Shown here one piece after another: positions 13,465 to 26,820 of a stretch of 64,000 nt of DNA. The notes beneath the pieces were generated by a model that ran no database searches, was not told the DNA's origin, and saw only the letters and a program-made list of their open reading frames with translations. Position numbers and translations under genes: made by a program. Where the stretch lies: positions 106,578,001 through 106,642,000 of the forward strand of contig OX597823.1 of assembly GCA_951406725.2 (NCBI GenBank), given 5' to 3'. Numbering within the stretch: the stretch's first letter is position 1; each line of letters starts with the position of its first letter. The DNA comes from Octopus vulgaris. Taxonomy: Eukaryota.

Positions 13465-14708
13465 GGAGTATGTGTACAGTGGACTGTGTACTTCTAAGCA
13501 TTCTAAACACACGGGATCTTTTCAATTTATTTTTTTAAAGTCCAAATTAATAACCTACTTTACACAGAACGCCCATTCACCCTTCGTCAATGCAGACCTC
13601 CAGAAAGTTTTCTAAAGCGACAAATAACATTGGCTCCTCCTCCCCCCCTCGTTCTCTTCCTCTGCCTTACCCCCTCAGATATTATTACATTTCACTCATA
13701 TCCGGTCCTTTTACTTTCCGTGTCCCTTCAATACAAAACACTCTTTTCCTGTCATTTTTTTTCTCTCCTGAACCTTTCATTTCAGTCTCTGCCTTCGTTC
13801 TCTATCCTTCCCTCTCATATTCTACACTACATACATATAATAATATATTATTGTTGAGCAATAGTTTTTCTTTTTTTAATTCTTTCTTCATCTCTTTATA
13901 TCTCTCTTCTATCTATTTATCTATCTTACATATCTCATATATATATATATGTGTGTATGTCTTTAAGTGTGTGTATCAATAGAAACGAGTTTAACGTATA
14001 TATGAAACGAAAGCACTCAAGGCTGATTGATGGGGCTTAATTGTGTAATACAATAATCTGTTAGATTACAATGGTTATTGGCTATAGACTGTTCCGTGGG
14101 CTTAGTAAAAATTACATAATACACTCATCAAGCCATTCTAGGCCGCACAAAGCAGCCTTTCTTCTTCTTCTTCTTCTTCTTCTTCTTCTTCTTCTTCTTC
14201 TTCTTCTCCTTCTTCTTCTTCATCTTCTTCATGCGCACGCACACGCGCACACACACACACGCGCACACACACACACACGCGCGCACACACACACCCGCGC
14301 ACACACACACACGCGCACGCACGCAGGTATGTACGATTATTCAACCCACATGGTTCAAATCTGTTTACAAATTTAATGTGAAACCCATTCGGTCAGGCTC
14401 CGGTCAATTCATATGCACCGCTAACTTGCTACTGCTATGTAAATATTGTCAGGTCAATCCTGATCTTATATGCATTTGTGTAATAATACAACATTGTCTG
14501 GGAAGAAGTGAATCCTGACGAGAATTTAACAAAAACTGAAACCAGTCGATCACACCGTTTATCCTGAGTCTCGAGATTAAACACGTGGTTTATTTTCAGA
14601 TTGAGGCTAACTATATTTTATTAGACATATGATGGTAACTCTCTTTACAAATGAAATTTCGAATATATTGTCTGTACCGCCCCACCTTCCAAACATTCAC
14701 AGATACAC

Positions 14709-14751
<43 letters not shown>

Positions 14752-16470
14752 TGTGTTTCCGTATCTCGGAGGTGCATACATCATGCTGTTATATTCATGC
14801 TACCTGAACATAGTTCCACAACGACAATAGGTGTATCTCCTGTATCACCTTTGAAACTATGAACTGGTGCAAGCCGATGGTATATAAATGAGCGTTGATC
14901 TTAAGATACGGTTCCGTACGGAAGCTTACCAGCCAACACTTTCGGCAAAAGTTGTCGAGCTTAGCGCCGTAAGGTCAATTAAGCAACAGAGCTCAGAAAT
15001 GCAGGTAAGAGTGTACCGGGGCACAACGTAGGTACCAGATGGCATAGTATTTTGGCAGTCATGATGACAGTGGTATACATACAGTAAACATAGCAGTAAT
15101 GAACAACCAACAAAATAAATGAAGCTGTAGATCAGCTATTTAACCAACGTAAAGCTTTTAGAGGTGTAACGGAAATAGGTTGCTTCTTGCACTTTTAGGG
15201 TGCAACTGGTGCATTCACAATTTCCGTTGCTTAAATTTCCAGATTCTACCAGTCAAAGAACACAAACGCGACAGTAAAAATATATACTCTTTATTGTTCT
15301 TATAACAGTAAGAAATAAGGTGGTAATTTGGTTCCACTTGGTATGGATGGCAAGGCTGAAATTTTAACGCTTGTAACAATCTTACAAGTTCAGCAGCAAA
15401 CCGAGTTGGTCAAATATGGCGTCCTTGGAGAGCGAAGAAAATATGGTCTGCAGCAATGTCTGGTGGAAAACCTTTTGTCAGACTGCTACGGGGATTAGTT
15501 GATCACACGTATGAAAATACGTGCTTTCCCTTCTGTCTGTGTATGAATGTATGTCATTATTCACTTTTATTTCAAGATTTCTTGCCATTAGAGAAAATGC
15601 TAGTTCCTAACCTTGATCCAGGGCTCCTTCATTGGAATTTCAACATCAACAACAGGGTATTTTTGCATGTGTGTTGTGTGCGTGTTTTCAGTATTTTGAG
15701 AAAGTGTATGTACTCGTATGTACGTATGTATGTATGTGTGTATGTATGTATGTATGTATGTATGTATGTATGTATGTATGTATGTATGTATTATGTGTAC
15801 TATATTTCAAATGTAACTTGTAAGATGTTTCAGCTAGAAAACAGCAAAACTGCTTCTAGAATCATAAGGGTTTAGAGGTTTTTGCAACGTTGGTGAACTA
15901 TAAAATACGAAATAAGAGGGCAGCCTTCAAACGCCTTGAGTATTTTTTTTTCTTCTGGCAGTTTAGTTTGATGACTGATGATACTGGTTCTACTATACAA
16001 ATACATGCTTTATAAATATTCTGTTCATTTTCATCTCGATTTTATTTACTCCGCTTATGAGTTCATTTGTATTATTCAGCTTTTCTGTGTCTATTATTTC
16101 TTGGTGTGAATGTTATTGTGACCACTTGACATTGACCTAGTTCTCCTAACGCCGAATCTGTTCATCAAATAGTAGTAATTGGCATTTAGTAGTGACAATG
16201 CTGTCTTCAACATAAATTCCTTATATGGAGCTCTGAAATCCCCTTTACCCCATTTCTTTAATGAGAAAATCTTTATTGTCTCTTTTCATTTGTTCTTCCA
16301 TCTCAGAACATTACAGTAGTCTGGAACAACCTAATCTTAGTCAGTCAGTTGATGGGGTCCACTATCTCAAGTGTTCTTAAATTTTAAATCCACATCTTTG
16401 TCTATATATCTACCCTCTCTGTAATGTTGCCACTTGATATGAAAATTTTTGTATTAATGGAAAACCTCTA

Positions 16471-16561
16471 TAATTGGCTGATGAGTGCTCAGCATTTTAA
16501 AACTTGTAATAGTTACAAGATTTAATAAAATGATGTAGTACGAAACGATCGTACCAAATTA
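16471..16561 (+). ncRNA. Type I hammerhead ribozyme motif with long stem II
   Basis: Stem I TAATTGG/CCAA(A)TTA; CTGATGA 16478-16484; stem II GTGCT/AGTAC extended by CATTTTA/TAAAATG and CTTGTAA/TTACAAG; GAAA 16542-16545; palindrome CGATCG; GUA site after 16553. Confidence 0.88.
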
Positions 16562-16637
16562 CCGGAGTCATTCTTGTTGCTTATTTTGAGTATATATATA
16601 TATATACACACACACACACATATATATATATATACAT

Positions 16638-16850
<213 letters not shown>

Positions 16851-16852
16851 TA

Positions 16853-17256
16853 GGCACAAGAGTGGTAGTGTGGTAAGTAGCTTGCTTACCAGCCACATGG
16901 TTCTGGGTTCAGTCCCACCGTGTTTTGAGCAAGCGTTTCTACTATAGCCTCAGGCCGACCAAAACCTTGTGAGTGGATTTAGTAGCCGGAAACTGAAAGA
17001 AGCCCGTCGTATATATATGTATAAAAATGCATGTGTGTGTATGTGTTTGTGTGTGTTTGACCCACCTTCGAACATCGCTTGACAACCGATGCTGGTGTGT
17101 TTAAGGCCCCATAACTTAAGGTTTCGGCAAAATAGTCCGATAGAATAAGTGCTAGGCTTACAAGGAATAAGTCCTGGGGCCGATTTGCTCGACAAAAGGC
17201 TGTGCTCCAGCATGACCACAGTCAAATGACTGAAACAAGTAAAAGAATAAAAGAAT
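16853..17256 (+). mobile_element. SINE-A
   Basis: Full architecture present. Confidence 0.85.
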
Positions 17257-17274
17257 ATATATATAGATATATAT

Positions 17275-18011
17275 AGAGAGAGTGAGTTGAAATTTACAGA
17301 AAACAAAAGACGAAACCGGTGTATGAACAATAAGCAGGTGTATCAGTTTGACGCTCTTCAAAGGGAAAAAGTATTTTACGTTTCCAGCCTACGCTCTTCA
17401 ATAGAAAGGAATAAGAGAAAATAAACAGAGAGACTAAAAATTCTTGTTAGAAAAAAGAAAACAGTTTCACAGGAGACGTTGAAAGAAGGGAAGATAATAA
17501 AGTATTGGTGATCCCAAAACGAAGGTGCGCGTGATGTCTGTGTGTGTGCATGTTAGAATGTGTAAGTGTGTGCGTGTATGGATAGGAGCTAGTGACTTTG
17601 ACGTGTGTGGATGAGTACGTGTGCAAGTGTGTGCGTCTATAACGTGTGGGTGTGTGGATGATGGTGTGAGGTTGTGAGGATGATGGTGTGGTGTAATTGC
17701 TGGGAAGTGGTCAGTGCTAGTGTGGAGTGACATGGTGTGGTGGTGTGGTGTTTGGGTGTGTAGGTGTGGAGTAGGGTTAGGGGTGTATTGCGTGGGATGT
17801 GGGAGTACGGTGGGTGTTATGTGTCTGGGGGCGCTGGTATCAGTGAAGGGAGAAGGTGGGTAGGAGTGAAGAGAGAAGGTGGGTAGGAGTGAAGAGAGAA
17901 GGTGGGTAGGAGTGAAGAGAGAAGGTGGGTAGGAGTGAAGTGAAGAAGTAGCTATCAGATGATTAGAGGAGAGGAGAGGTGAGTAGAAGTGAAGAGATGG
18001 GAGGAGGGGAG
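17275..18011 (-). mobile_element. 3' UTR/pLTR of the Penelope-like element, with degenerate HHR-like motif at 17374-17407
   Basis: Directly downstream of the GIY-YIG remnant on the same strand; shares gaagagcgtaggct(c/g)gaaacgta with 21195, 21257, 56682 and 60535. Confidence 0.7.
17843..17940 (+). repeat. 23-bp minisatellite (gtgaagagagaaggtgggtagga) x4
   Basis: Direct reading. Confidence 0.9.
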
Positions 18012-18780
18012 TCAGATGAAGAGAGGAGGGGTGTTGAGCTCATGTGGCACAAAGGAGCAAAGAGAGAAGATCAATTCCTGTTCACGGCAAAGGCAGGAGT
18101 CCATATGGCCCCTGTGCAAAGACAATCCGAACACAGACATGTGTTGTAGTGAATGACCGGTAGAGCGAAAATAGCGGGAGTCTGATGTCTCGGAGATGAT
18201 CCGCGAACCGGTCAGCCAAGCTGCTTTCCTGCTTGACCGATGTATAGAGAAGGGCAGAAAGAGCAGGAAATGCAGTAAATGACGTTGCTAGAAGTGCCGG
18301 TAAAGAAGTCGGTGATATGATAGGGACGATGATGGGTGTTTGTGAGGATGGTGGTTTTGGAGAGGTAGGGGCAAGTGTGGAAGCGTTGGTGGGAGCAGGG
18401 GACCGAGCCAGGTGGGGCTAGGGAAAAAAATTGTGGACTTGGAAGTCACGCAGGTTGTGGGCTCGTTTGACGTAGGGAAGGGGTAGGTTACGGAAGATGT
18501 GCGAGGTGGAGGGGTTGGACTAGAAACGCCGGAAGGCTCGGAGATAATACGTTGCAGGGGCATGGTGGAGGAGTGGTAGGTGAGGGGAAATGGAAGACAG
18601 GCAACAGCGGGTCGGGTGCGGGGTGAGAGAGCAGAGGCACGGTCCACGGAACGTACCTTGGCAAGGGCTGTTTGGATAGTGGTGAGGGGACAGTGGTGAG
18701 TATCAAAGTCATGATTGTCACTGCAGAGCCTTCGCAGACGGAGGAATTGCGATGACGAGGAGCTTTGGTGTGGGTGTTCA
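18012..18780 (-). pseudogene. Penelope-like retroelement RT-thumb/linker/GIY-YIG endonuclease remnant (Neptune-like Cys linker), frameshifted
   Basis: Minus-strand translation across frameshifts: SQFLRLRRLCSD...KRAHNLRD...PCSHQRFHTCPYL...FTGTSSNVIYCISCSFCPSLYIGQ...LADRFADHLRDIR...HMSVFGL...EQELIFSL...PHELN. Confidence 0.88.
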
Positions 18781-19161
18781 TGTATCAGTGCATTACGGAT
18801 GTTTCAAGCGGCTCTATTTAATCGAGCAATGCAAATATTACATCAATTTGAAATAAGCCACTCTTCTCGGACGCATACGACCATACAGGATACTCTGTTA
18901 TAACTTTCATCAATGCTAGAGACTAAAATAATTACATTGCATCTTTTTGATATTATTGTAATAGAATGAATTTAAGAAAAAATACCTAAATCCTACTATA
19001 ATTTAGGGCGGCAGTAGAAAATAATGGAGGTCAAGAAAGAGGAATTCCTTTTTACCCTTATCACATTTAAAAGACCCAATGCAGCAAGTTGTCTACATAC
19101 CTTTAAAATTAAAACCATATACATATAAGTATGTATGTATGTATGTATGTATGTATGTATG

Positions 19162-19193
<32 letters not shown>

Positions 19194-20466
19194 GAGTGAG
19201 AGAGGTGTTGAATAAGTTTTACACTTACAATTCCTCTACCACATCAATAAGTTTGAATCAGATACTATAGATGAGATACTGCAAGCATAGTTCGAGTTAG
19301 AAAAGGGAAGTAACAGTGAATGCGCAGAGAGAAATTACGTGAAAATATGTAAATATGCTTCCCTAAGGTTTCCGCCTGCCGAGATCTTCTCAAAATTTAT
19401 TAACATTCTTAGAGGAACGTATGATATTTAGCTACAAGCAAGAAACAGCATGGACGTATTTCAATCCACGAGTTGCTCTTTGCTTGTGAAGAATGCTCGA
19501 ATTGTTCTTTCTCAAAGAATGTGAATTAACTTTCTAGGACTAATTTTTAATTTCTATGACTTATCTCCCCCTTTTTCTCCGCGGGAAGGAAATTTCTATT
19601 AACTGAGAACCTTTTGTGTACGTCATTCAATAAATCATCTCTTTGAATTAATTAGTTGCTGTTATACGGGTTGGTCAAGGTGGATGATCTTTTAACATAG
19701 GTCCGCTACATCGGGACGAGAAACAACAACAACAACAATTGCGGCCTTAAGCAAGAGTAACATATCATTACTTTTGATATTGTTGTTATTCTCCTCTATG
19801 TCTTCTTTTTCGACATCGCCATCATCGTTGTCATCGCTACCGTCACCGCGGCCGTTGCCGCCGCCGCCGCCGCAGTCGTCGTCGTCGTGATAATTGTCAT
19901 TATTATAGTTGACTTCCTTCGTATCATTGTTATCTGTTCAAGTGGTTTGCTTTCATGTGGCTTTCAACACTGTCCACCAGAAAGCAATGCCACCATACCA
20001 GCGTATCTTTATGTCTTTGCCAATGACAGACGATCAATGCGTTTAACAGTTCGGCGGAAACCTTTCCAAAGACAAGTGCCGTCCAAAAAACCCGTCCTTT
20101 CATAAACACAACGTCTCCTTTCACTACACCGCAGAATTATAAGAGTTAGAACAGCTACTCTTATCAGTCCACCCCTTCAATACCCTTCTCTGTATTTGTC
20201 GTAATTCTTTATCCACCCTTTTACTACCTTCCCAGAACTCGCTATAATTTATTAGGAGAGGAAGAAGGAGATAGAAAAGACAACAGTAGCATCAGCAACA
20301 TTAGGAACAAGAAAAACAGCAGCAGCAGCAGTAACAGTAGCAGCTCCGCAAGGAGTCAGCTGACTACGATAAAGTGTGAGAAAGCTCTCACCACTCCTGG
20401 TGCGGTGGGGTCGATAGTAAAACACACAGGCACACACACAGAGGCTCACACACACACAGGCACACA

Positions 20467-20514
<48 letters not shown>

Positions 20515-21087
20515 TACGCACATTATACGGTGTCCACTGTTGTCCGACGCCAAGAATCACTTGCATTCAGTCACGAGTCACGACCGGAAGCGATGATTGT
20601 TCCCAAGGTGATACAGACGGCGCTTCCCCATCAATGAAAATAAATGTCTTTGTTGAGAGTCCTTCTAATATCTGACCATGTTGTATTAAATGGTTAATTC
20701 GTGTCAGGGACTTACTCACGCTGAGTTGGCGGAAGTTATCTAGCAGCGGTTTGCAAGAGGGTCATCTATGCTGTCGTCGTCGCTTCACCAGATAAAATGA
20801 ACGACCAGATTCTTCCACAAAATGAAAATAGATGAAAAATAAATAAATTTGTCTTCAATGAAATTTTCCCAGAAATTCAGTTCTGCTTAATCGGCCAGAG
20901 TTAAACAATAACAGGTGCCGTGGCATATATATATATATATAATAACAAAGTCACTTTGATCCGTGTAGGAGAGGTGCAGTCAGAGGGTAGGTGTCCTAAG
21001 AGGTAAAAAATCCAATGGAAAGGTAGTGTCCGTCGAGGAAAGGTAGTAGTAGAATATAGGATCAAAGTGAGACCATGTGAGCGCGTG

Positions 21088-21390
21088 ATATATAAAGGGA
21101 AAGTTTACGAAAATAAACAAAAGACAAAGGCAGGTGGAGTTCAAACAAACAAATGTATTAGTATAGCGCCCAGGAATAGAAATAGAAAAAGTCATTTACG
21201 TTTCGAGCCTACGCTCTTCGACAGAAAAATACACAGAAAAAAACCAGGAGAGAAACAAGAGCGTAGGCTCGAAACGTAAAATACTTTTTCTATTTCTATT
21301 CCTGAGTGCTATACTAATACATTTGTTTGTTTGTACTCCACCTGCCTTCGTCTTTTGTTTATTTTCGTAAGCTTTCCCGTTATATATATA
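21088..21390. mobile_element. Head-to-head inverted pair of the Penelope pLTR fragment
   Basis: 21088-21218 is the reverse complement of 21257-21390; same family as 17275-17460. Confidence 0.85.
21195..21229 (-). ncRNA. Minimal hammerhead-like motif, CUGUCGA core variant
   Basis: UUU CUGUCGA A GAGC-GUAG-GCUC GAAA CG UA AA; stem I weak in this copy. Confidence 0.5.
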
Positions 21391-21690
21391 ACCTGTCCTC
21401 TTGAAAAATCTAAAATACATTCCTCAGTGTAGTACTGGTAATGTAACAAATATTCGTGGTGGTCATATCAGTAATAGCTAGAATCGATTAGGTTTGACTG
21501 GAAATTAATCAAGAACACTAACAACCGGGACAACGACCCCAAAAAAAATGAACCGTCAACTCATTTGGTTGGGAATTCCATATATTATATTTGTGTGTGA
21601 GTCCGTGTATACATCTTCGCACAATGTGGGATGAAATGTTCATAGGCTGACTATGAAGGAGTGATGTTAGAGCAATGAAATCTAGCATGC

Positions 21691-21912
21691 ATGGCAGAAA
21701 CGTAAGCACGCCGGGCGAAATGCGTAGCCGTATTTCGTTTGCCGTTATGTTCTGAGTTCAAATTCTGCCGAGGTAACTTTGCCTTTCATCCTTTTGGGGT
21801 CAATAAATTAAGTACCAGTCACTCACAGGGGTCGATGTAATCGACTTAATCCTTTTGTCTGTCCTTGTTTGTCCTCTCTGTGTTTAGCCCCTTGAAGGTA
21901 GTAAAGAAATAA
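21691..21912 (+). mobile_element. SINE-B, slightly 5' truncated
   Basis: Similarity to other copies. Confidence 0.85.
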
Positions 21913-22017
21913 GCATTAATTTCAAAACTTATTTATAACTACATTGTTTCGTTCCGGTTAAACTAACAGTTCAAAGAAGACTTCGAATGCAACTAGTAGA
22001 GACTTCTCCTGATATTA

Positions 22018-22163
22018 GACAAAGTTTAGCATCATGGTGTTATCAAGAACTGCAGAAAAAGGGTTTAGCTCCCGAGGCCATTCATGCTGATATCTTTGTT
22101 ACATTAGGGGATAACGCTCCGGCTTTATAAACAGTGCAAAAGGGAGTAGCTGAATTTGGGAGA
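22018..22163 (+). pseudogene. Mariner transposase N-terminal HTH remnant
   Basis: Translates to LQKKGLAPEAIHADIFVTLGDNAPAL*TVQKGVAEFGR, typical of the mariner N-terminus. Confidence 0.75.
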
Positions 22164-22220
22164 AATAATACAATGCGTTAGAATGTAACAGTTTCACTAT
22201 TTCATTATTATAGTAGCTTA

Positions 22221-22420
22221 AGGCGGCGAGCTGGCACACCGGGCGAAAAGCTTAGCCTATTTCGTCTGTCTTTTCGTTCTGAGTTCAAATTCCGCCGAGT
22301 TCGTCTTTGCCTTTCATCCTTTCAGGGTCGATGAATTAAGTACCAGTTACGCACTGGGGTCAATCTAATCGACTGGTCTCCTCCTCCAAAATTTCAGGCC
22401 TTGTGCCTAGAGTAGAAAAT
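22221..22420 (+). mobile_element. SINE-B (alternative 3' tail) with 13-bp TSD
   Basis: attattatagtag at 22204-22216 and 22421-22433. Confidence 0.85.
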
Positions 22421-22439
22421 ATTATTATAGTAGTTTGTG

Positions 22440-22640
22440 AGGCAGCGAGATGGCAGAATCGTTAGCACAGCGATCGCCATCTCGTCTGCCTTTACGTTCT
22501 GAGTTCAAATTCCACCGAGATTGACTTTGCCTTTCATTCTTTTGGAGTCGATAAAATAAGTACCAGTTTGACACTGGAGTCGATGTAATCGACTTTCTGC
22601 CTACCCCGAAATTGCTGGTTTTGTACCAAAAATTTCAAAC
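22440..22640 (+). mobile_element. SINE-B, older diverged copy
   Basis: Similarity to other copies. Confidence 0.8.
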
Positions 22641-23918
22641 CATTATTATAGCTGTTGCTGTGTTACTTGATCAAATGTATACCTGATCAAGTTGTTCTCT
22701 GACCATCACCATCCTGAATACCATAAATGCTATTCTGTTTGTCCTTCAGTTTAGAAAGCATGGCGTAAGTTAAGGCAGATTCGTCGAAATGTCCCAGGCT
22801 TTCTGTGCCTTTATCTGTCTTCTGTAATCCGTCTGTCACGCGGGGTTTGTTAATCTTGTACGTCCTTCATTCAGTCCCACCCGTCTATTTACTTTTCGGT
22901 ACCTTTGTATCTAACAGCTCATCAACCACATGTCCCACACTAACTTCTATACTCAGTCTGTCTATTTACAGACAACCAGCTCCCTAGATGTTCCTCCCTG
23001 CTTGTGCTCTACATGCACTTGTTGATTTACTTCAATCTAAAGGGAAGATTAACGGCTTCGAGCAGGTCAGTTTCAGAAGGCCTGGAAGAAGGGGCACTGC
23101 TCCTTTTAATTCAGATGCAACAAACATTAAGACCTCCAGAGGGATTCAATCACTGACCTAATAAATTCGTCCTCATATGCATTGTAACTAGAGTAAGTCA
23201 GCCCTTTGATGTCAAAACTGCTTAAATCATTAAACATTTAGAAGCTGTACTGTAAAATAAGGGCGGTGCCATTTATGCCGTGCTCCTGCAATTTGCTGGA
23301 GTAAGGGAATATACTTATCTTTTTCATTCTTACCTTGACTACAAACCAACTAATTATTTTACCTTGGTGATGAAAGAGATGGTTGACCAGTGGTTTACCG
23401 GTTCTTTTTGAGAGTCTTCACATAACTGAGAGAGAGAGAGGGGAGGAGGAGGAGGAAAGAGAGATAAGAAAGAGTGACAGGAGTAATGGAGCAGAGATAG
23501 TGTGTGCGCATAGATATATTCACGCACACACGCATATACATACATACATACATACAAACATACATACATGCATACATGCATACATACATACATACATACA
23601 TATTATATATAATGTATGTGTCCATGTATAGGATATATGCGAGTGTGCATGTATGTACGGAAGCTCTTAAACGTACATATTCATATATAAGCTTAGACAT
23701 AGACTCATAAAAAATGTTTATTATCTAAGAGCTGGCCTAAAGGCTGCACGACTTTTTGTCATTAATGCCGTACGTACATATAAATATATATACATGCACA
23801 CACATATATACTTACAAATGTATATAATATCATATTCTGTTATATGATATATATATTATAAGTATACATGTATATATGTATGTCTAAAAGTATATAGTAT
23901 ATAGGACATGTATGTGAC

Positions 23919-23974
<56 letters not shown>

Positions 23975-24699
23975 GTTATAAGGGAAGGAAAGCGGGAGAA
24001 TCAAGAAAAGATATTAAAATTGAAAGACTACAAAATGAAATAAAAAAAAAGAATGTAATGCAAAAAAGCAAAATTCTAAACTGAAAGTAATGGAGAAAGA
24101 AGAAAGAAAAGATACAAGAAAGGAAGTAAAGAAAGAAGTAGAAAGAAAGACAGAAAGAAAGAAAGAAAGAAAGAAAAAAAGAATGAAGGTTAGGAAGAAA
24201 TAAACATGAATAACTTAATAAAATCAAATACAAGAAAAAATACAGAAAAAAAAAGAAGACAGGAAGATAAAAAAAAAAAATATATCAATTCTATTTCGAA
24301 ACGAAATAATTACAAATGCTTTTTATCACAGTTTTAGGGCCCAAATTTTCCATTATTTTATTATTTTCCTTTATATTTTTATGACATTGTAGCATGTTAT
24401 GTAATATGGAGGATGTTGCACCACGTTTCATGAGCTTTAATGCTGCTCAACTAAATATTAGGGGCCTCGGGCATTTTTCAGACGTTTTTAATTACGTAAG
24501 TTTCTTTACTATTAATATTCTCACTTACCTTGTGATATGTCAGAAAATTAGAAATGGAGGACAATGACTTGGAGGCTTCTTTTTAAATCTAGTGATGTCA
24601 ATTTAACCTGATCTGATACCATCTACTGAATCTACTACTGGTCAACTGAGATCTTAGATGTCAGTACCCAGATAGGTATTATTCGTTTGAGCTATATAG

Positions 24700-25313
24700 T
24701 CTTCTCTACTCTAGGTACAAGATCCGAAATTTTGGGGGAGGGAGTCAGTCGATTATATCGACCCCAATGCGTAACTGGTACTTATTTAATCGACCCCGAA
24801 AGGATGAAAGGCAAAGTCAACCTCGGCGGAATTTGAACTCAGAACATAAAGACAGACGAAATACCGCTATGCATTTTGTCCGACGTGCTAACGTTTCTTA
24901 TTTCTTTACTGCCCACAGGGGGTTAAACATAGAGGGGACAAACAAGGACAGACAAACTGATTAAGTCGATTATATCGACCCCAGTGCGTAACTGGTACTT
25001 ATTTAATCGACCCCGAAAGGATGAAAGGCAAAGTCAACCTCAGCGGAATTTGAACTCAGAACGTAGCGGCAGACGAAATATCTATTTCTTTACTACCCAC
25101 AAGGGGCTAAACACAGAGAGGACAAACAAGGACAGACAAAGGGATTAAGTCGATTATATCGATCCCAGTGCGTAACTGGTACTTATTTAATCGACCCCGA
25201 AAGGATGAAAGGCAAAGTCGACCTCGGCGGAATTTGAACACGGAACGCAAAGGCAGACGAAATACCGCTAAGCATTTCGCCCGGCGTGCTAACGTTTCTG
25301 CCAGCTCGTCACC
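24700..25313 (-). mobile_element. Tandem trimer of SINE-B units
   Basis: Full unit 25083-25313, headless unit 24899-25082, head-trimmed alternative-tail unit 24700-24898. Confidence 0.88.
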
Positions 25314-25460
25314 TTGTTTGAGCTACATACTGAATACACGAATACACGGCATAATGAGTGAAGTATAAGATTATTGACAAGTGTGTGTACATGTGTTATA
25401 TAATATAATATAATATAATATAATTTATAATATAATATTATAACGTATATGTATTATGTA

Positions 25461-25503
<43 letters not shown>

Positions 25504-26653
25504 GTGTGTGTGTATGTGTGTGTGAGTGAATATGATTCTAACCTGGTTACCAATGCAATGGAGAAGAGATCTGCAGATGCCAATGTATTCTTTCCATTGA
25601 GATATTGGACTAATGAACTAGAGAGTTGTAAATATAACCTGGATAATAGGTTAGTAAACACCTCAACAATAAACATCAGTCAGTAAGTCGATTGATGTAA
25701 CAATCACTGGGAATATCTGTCCAGTTCTCTTGTTCCAGTATACATGTAACTGTTACAATTATCAGCCACTAGGCTGCTGTTTAACTTCCACACACACCGG
25801 CTCAACTGCTTTACTTTATTCAAGATTATTCTATTCATGTATCGATGATTTCCTTCAATCTCAGACCACCTAACTACATGCAACTGTAATACACGTTCGC
25901 TATTTTCCTACTGAACTAAGATTCTCTCTATATTCTTACTTGTTTTAATATAATTTTCATGAAACCAGTTCCCTGACCGTCGCCATTTTCATACCGAATT
26001 AAGCTGTTTCTCGCTGTTGTTACCAGTTCTAATAAAAAGTAAATGGGAGGAGAATATTTATGGGTTTCCTTAATCACGCGAACTAAACTGTGATTGTGGG
26101 TTTACGAAAGTTCTTTTGATGCCTAAACGTTGCAACAGCCATTATGAAACTATAATGTGCTTCATTTTAACATCACACGACTATACTTTTATATTAGAGT
26201 TAAATTCTTCACCACAATTCCATTGGCTACCACGATTTATTCAGACTTCCTACTAAGGACTTATGTGGCCTTTAGTAACATCACTATCATAAGATTTTCA
26301 TAGAATTATAATCCATGCCGACAATTGCACCCATGTTTTACTTGCTAGCTATATCTGGCACAATATTCAACGGTCTCCCACCTTCCTTCAAGATCCCACT
26401 TTCTTGAAACTGGCTTCGAAGACACACATTAAAGAGGAACCGTGAAATACTGGCATTGAGCCTAGGACTGATTTTCCCTAGAAATTTAACGGCTAGGACT
26501 ACTTGCCCCTTATTGGCCTTTCCAGCGACGAGCGAGCTTGGGGCAAACAAGGACAACCCACTTCATGACTCATGAACCTTCGTCCATGAAGCCGAAACAT
26601 CAGGATGAAGACATAACACAGGATTTCTGTTGTCTTTCTGAATTCTTCTATTC

Positions 26654-26820
26654 ATCGCTTGACAACCGATATTATTTTGTTTACGTCCCCTTAACAAAGC
26701 AATTCGGCAAAAGAAAACCGATAGAATAAGTAACTGACTTTTAAAAAAGAAACCCAAAAAATATTAGGGTCCATCTCGTCCCAGCATGGCTGCATTTTAA
26801 TGACTAAAGTAAGTAAAAGA
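26654..26820 (+). mobile_element. SINE-A 3' module, diverged
   Basis: catcgcttgacaaccgat...gatagaataagta...cagcatggctgca. Confidence 0.7.

Noticed and set aside
20710-20830. Minus-strand exon ending at a GTGAGT donor
   Set aside because: A donor-like word alone is expected by chance; no clear acceptor or coding signal; needs RNA-seq
24700-25313. CRISPR-like array
   Set aside because: Units are ~190-230-bp SINE copies with no unique spacers; eukaryotic context, no cas genes
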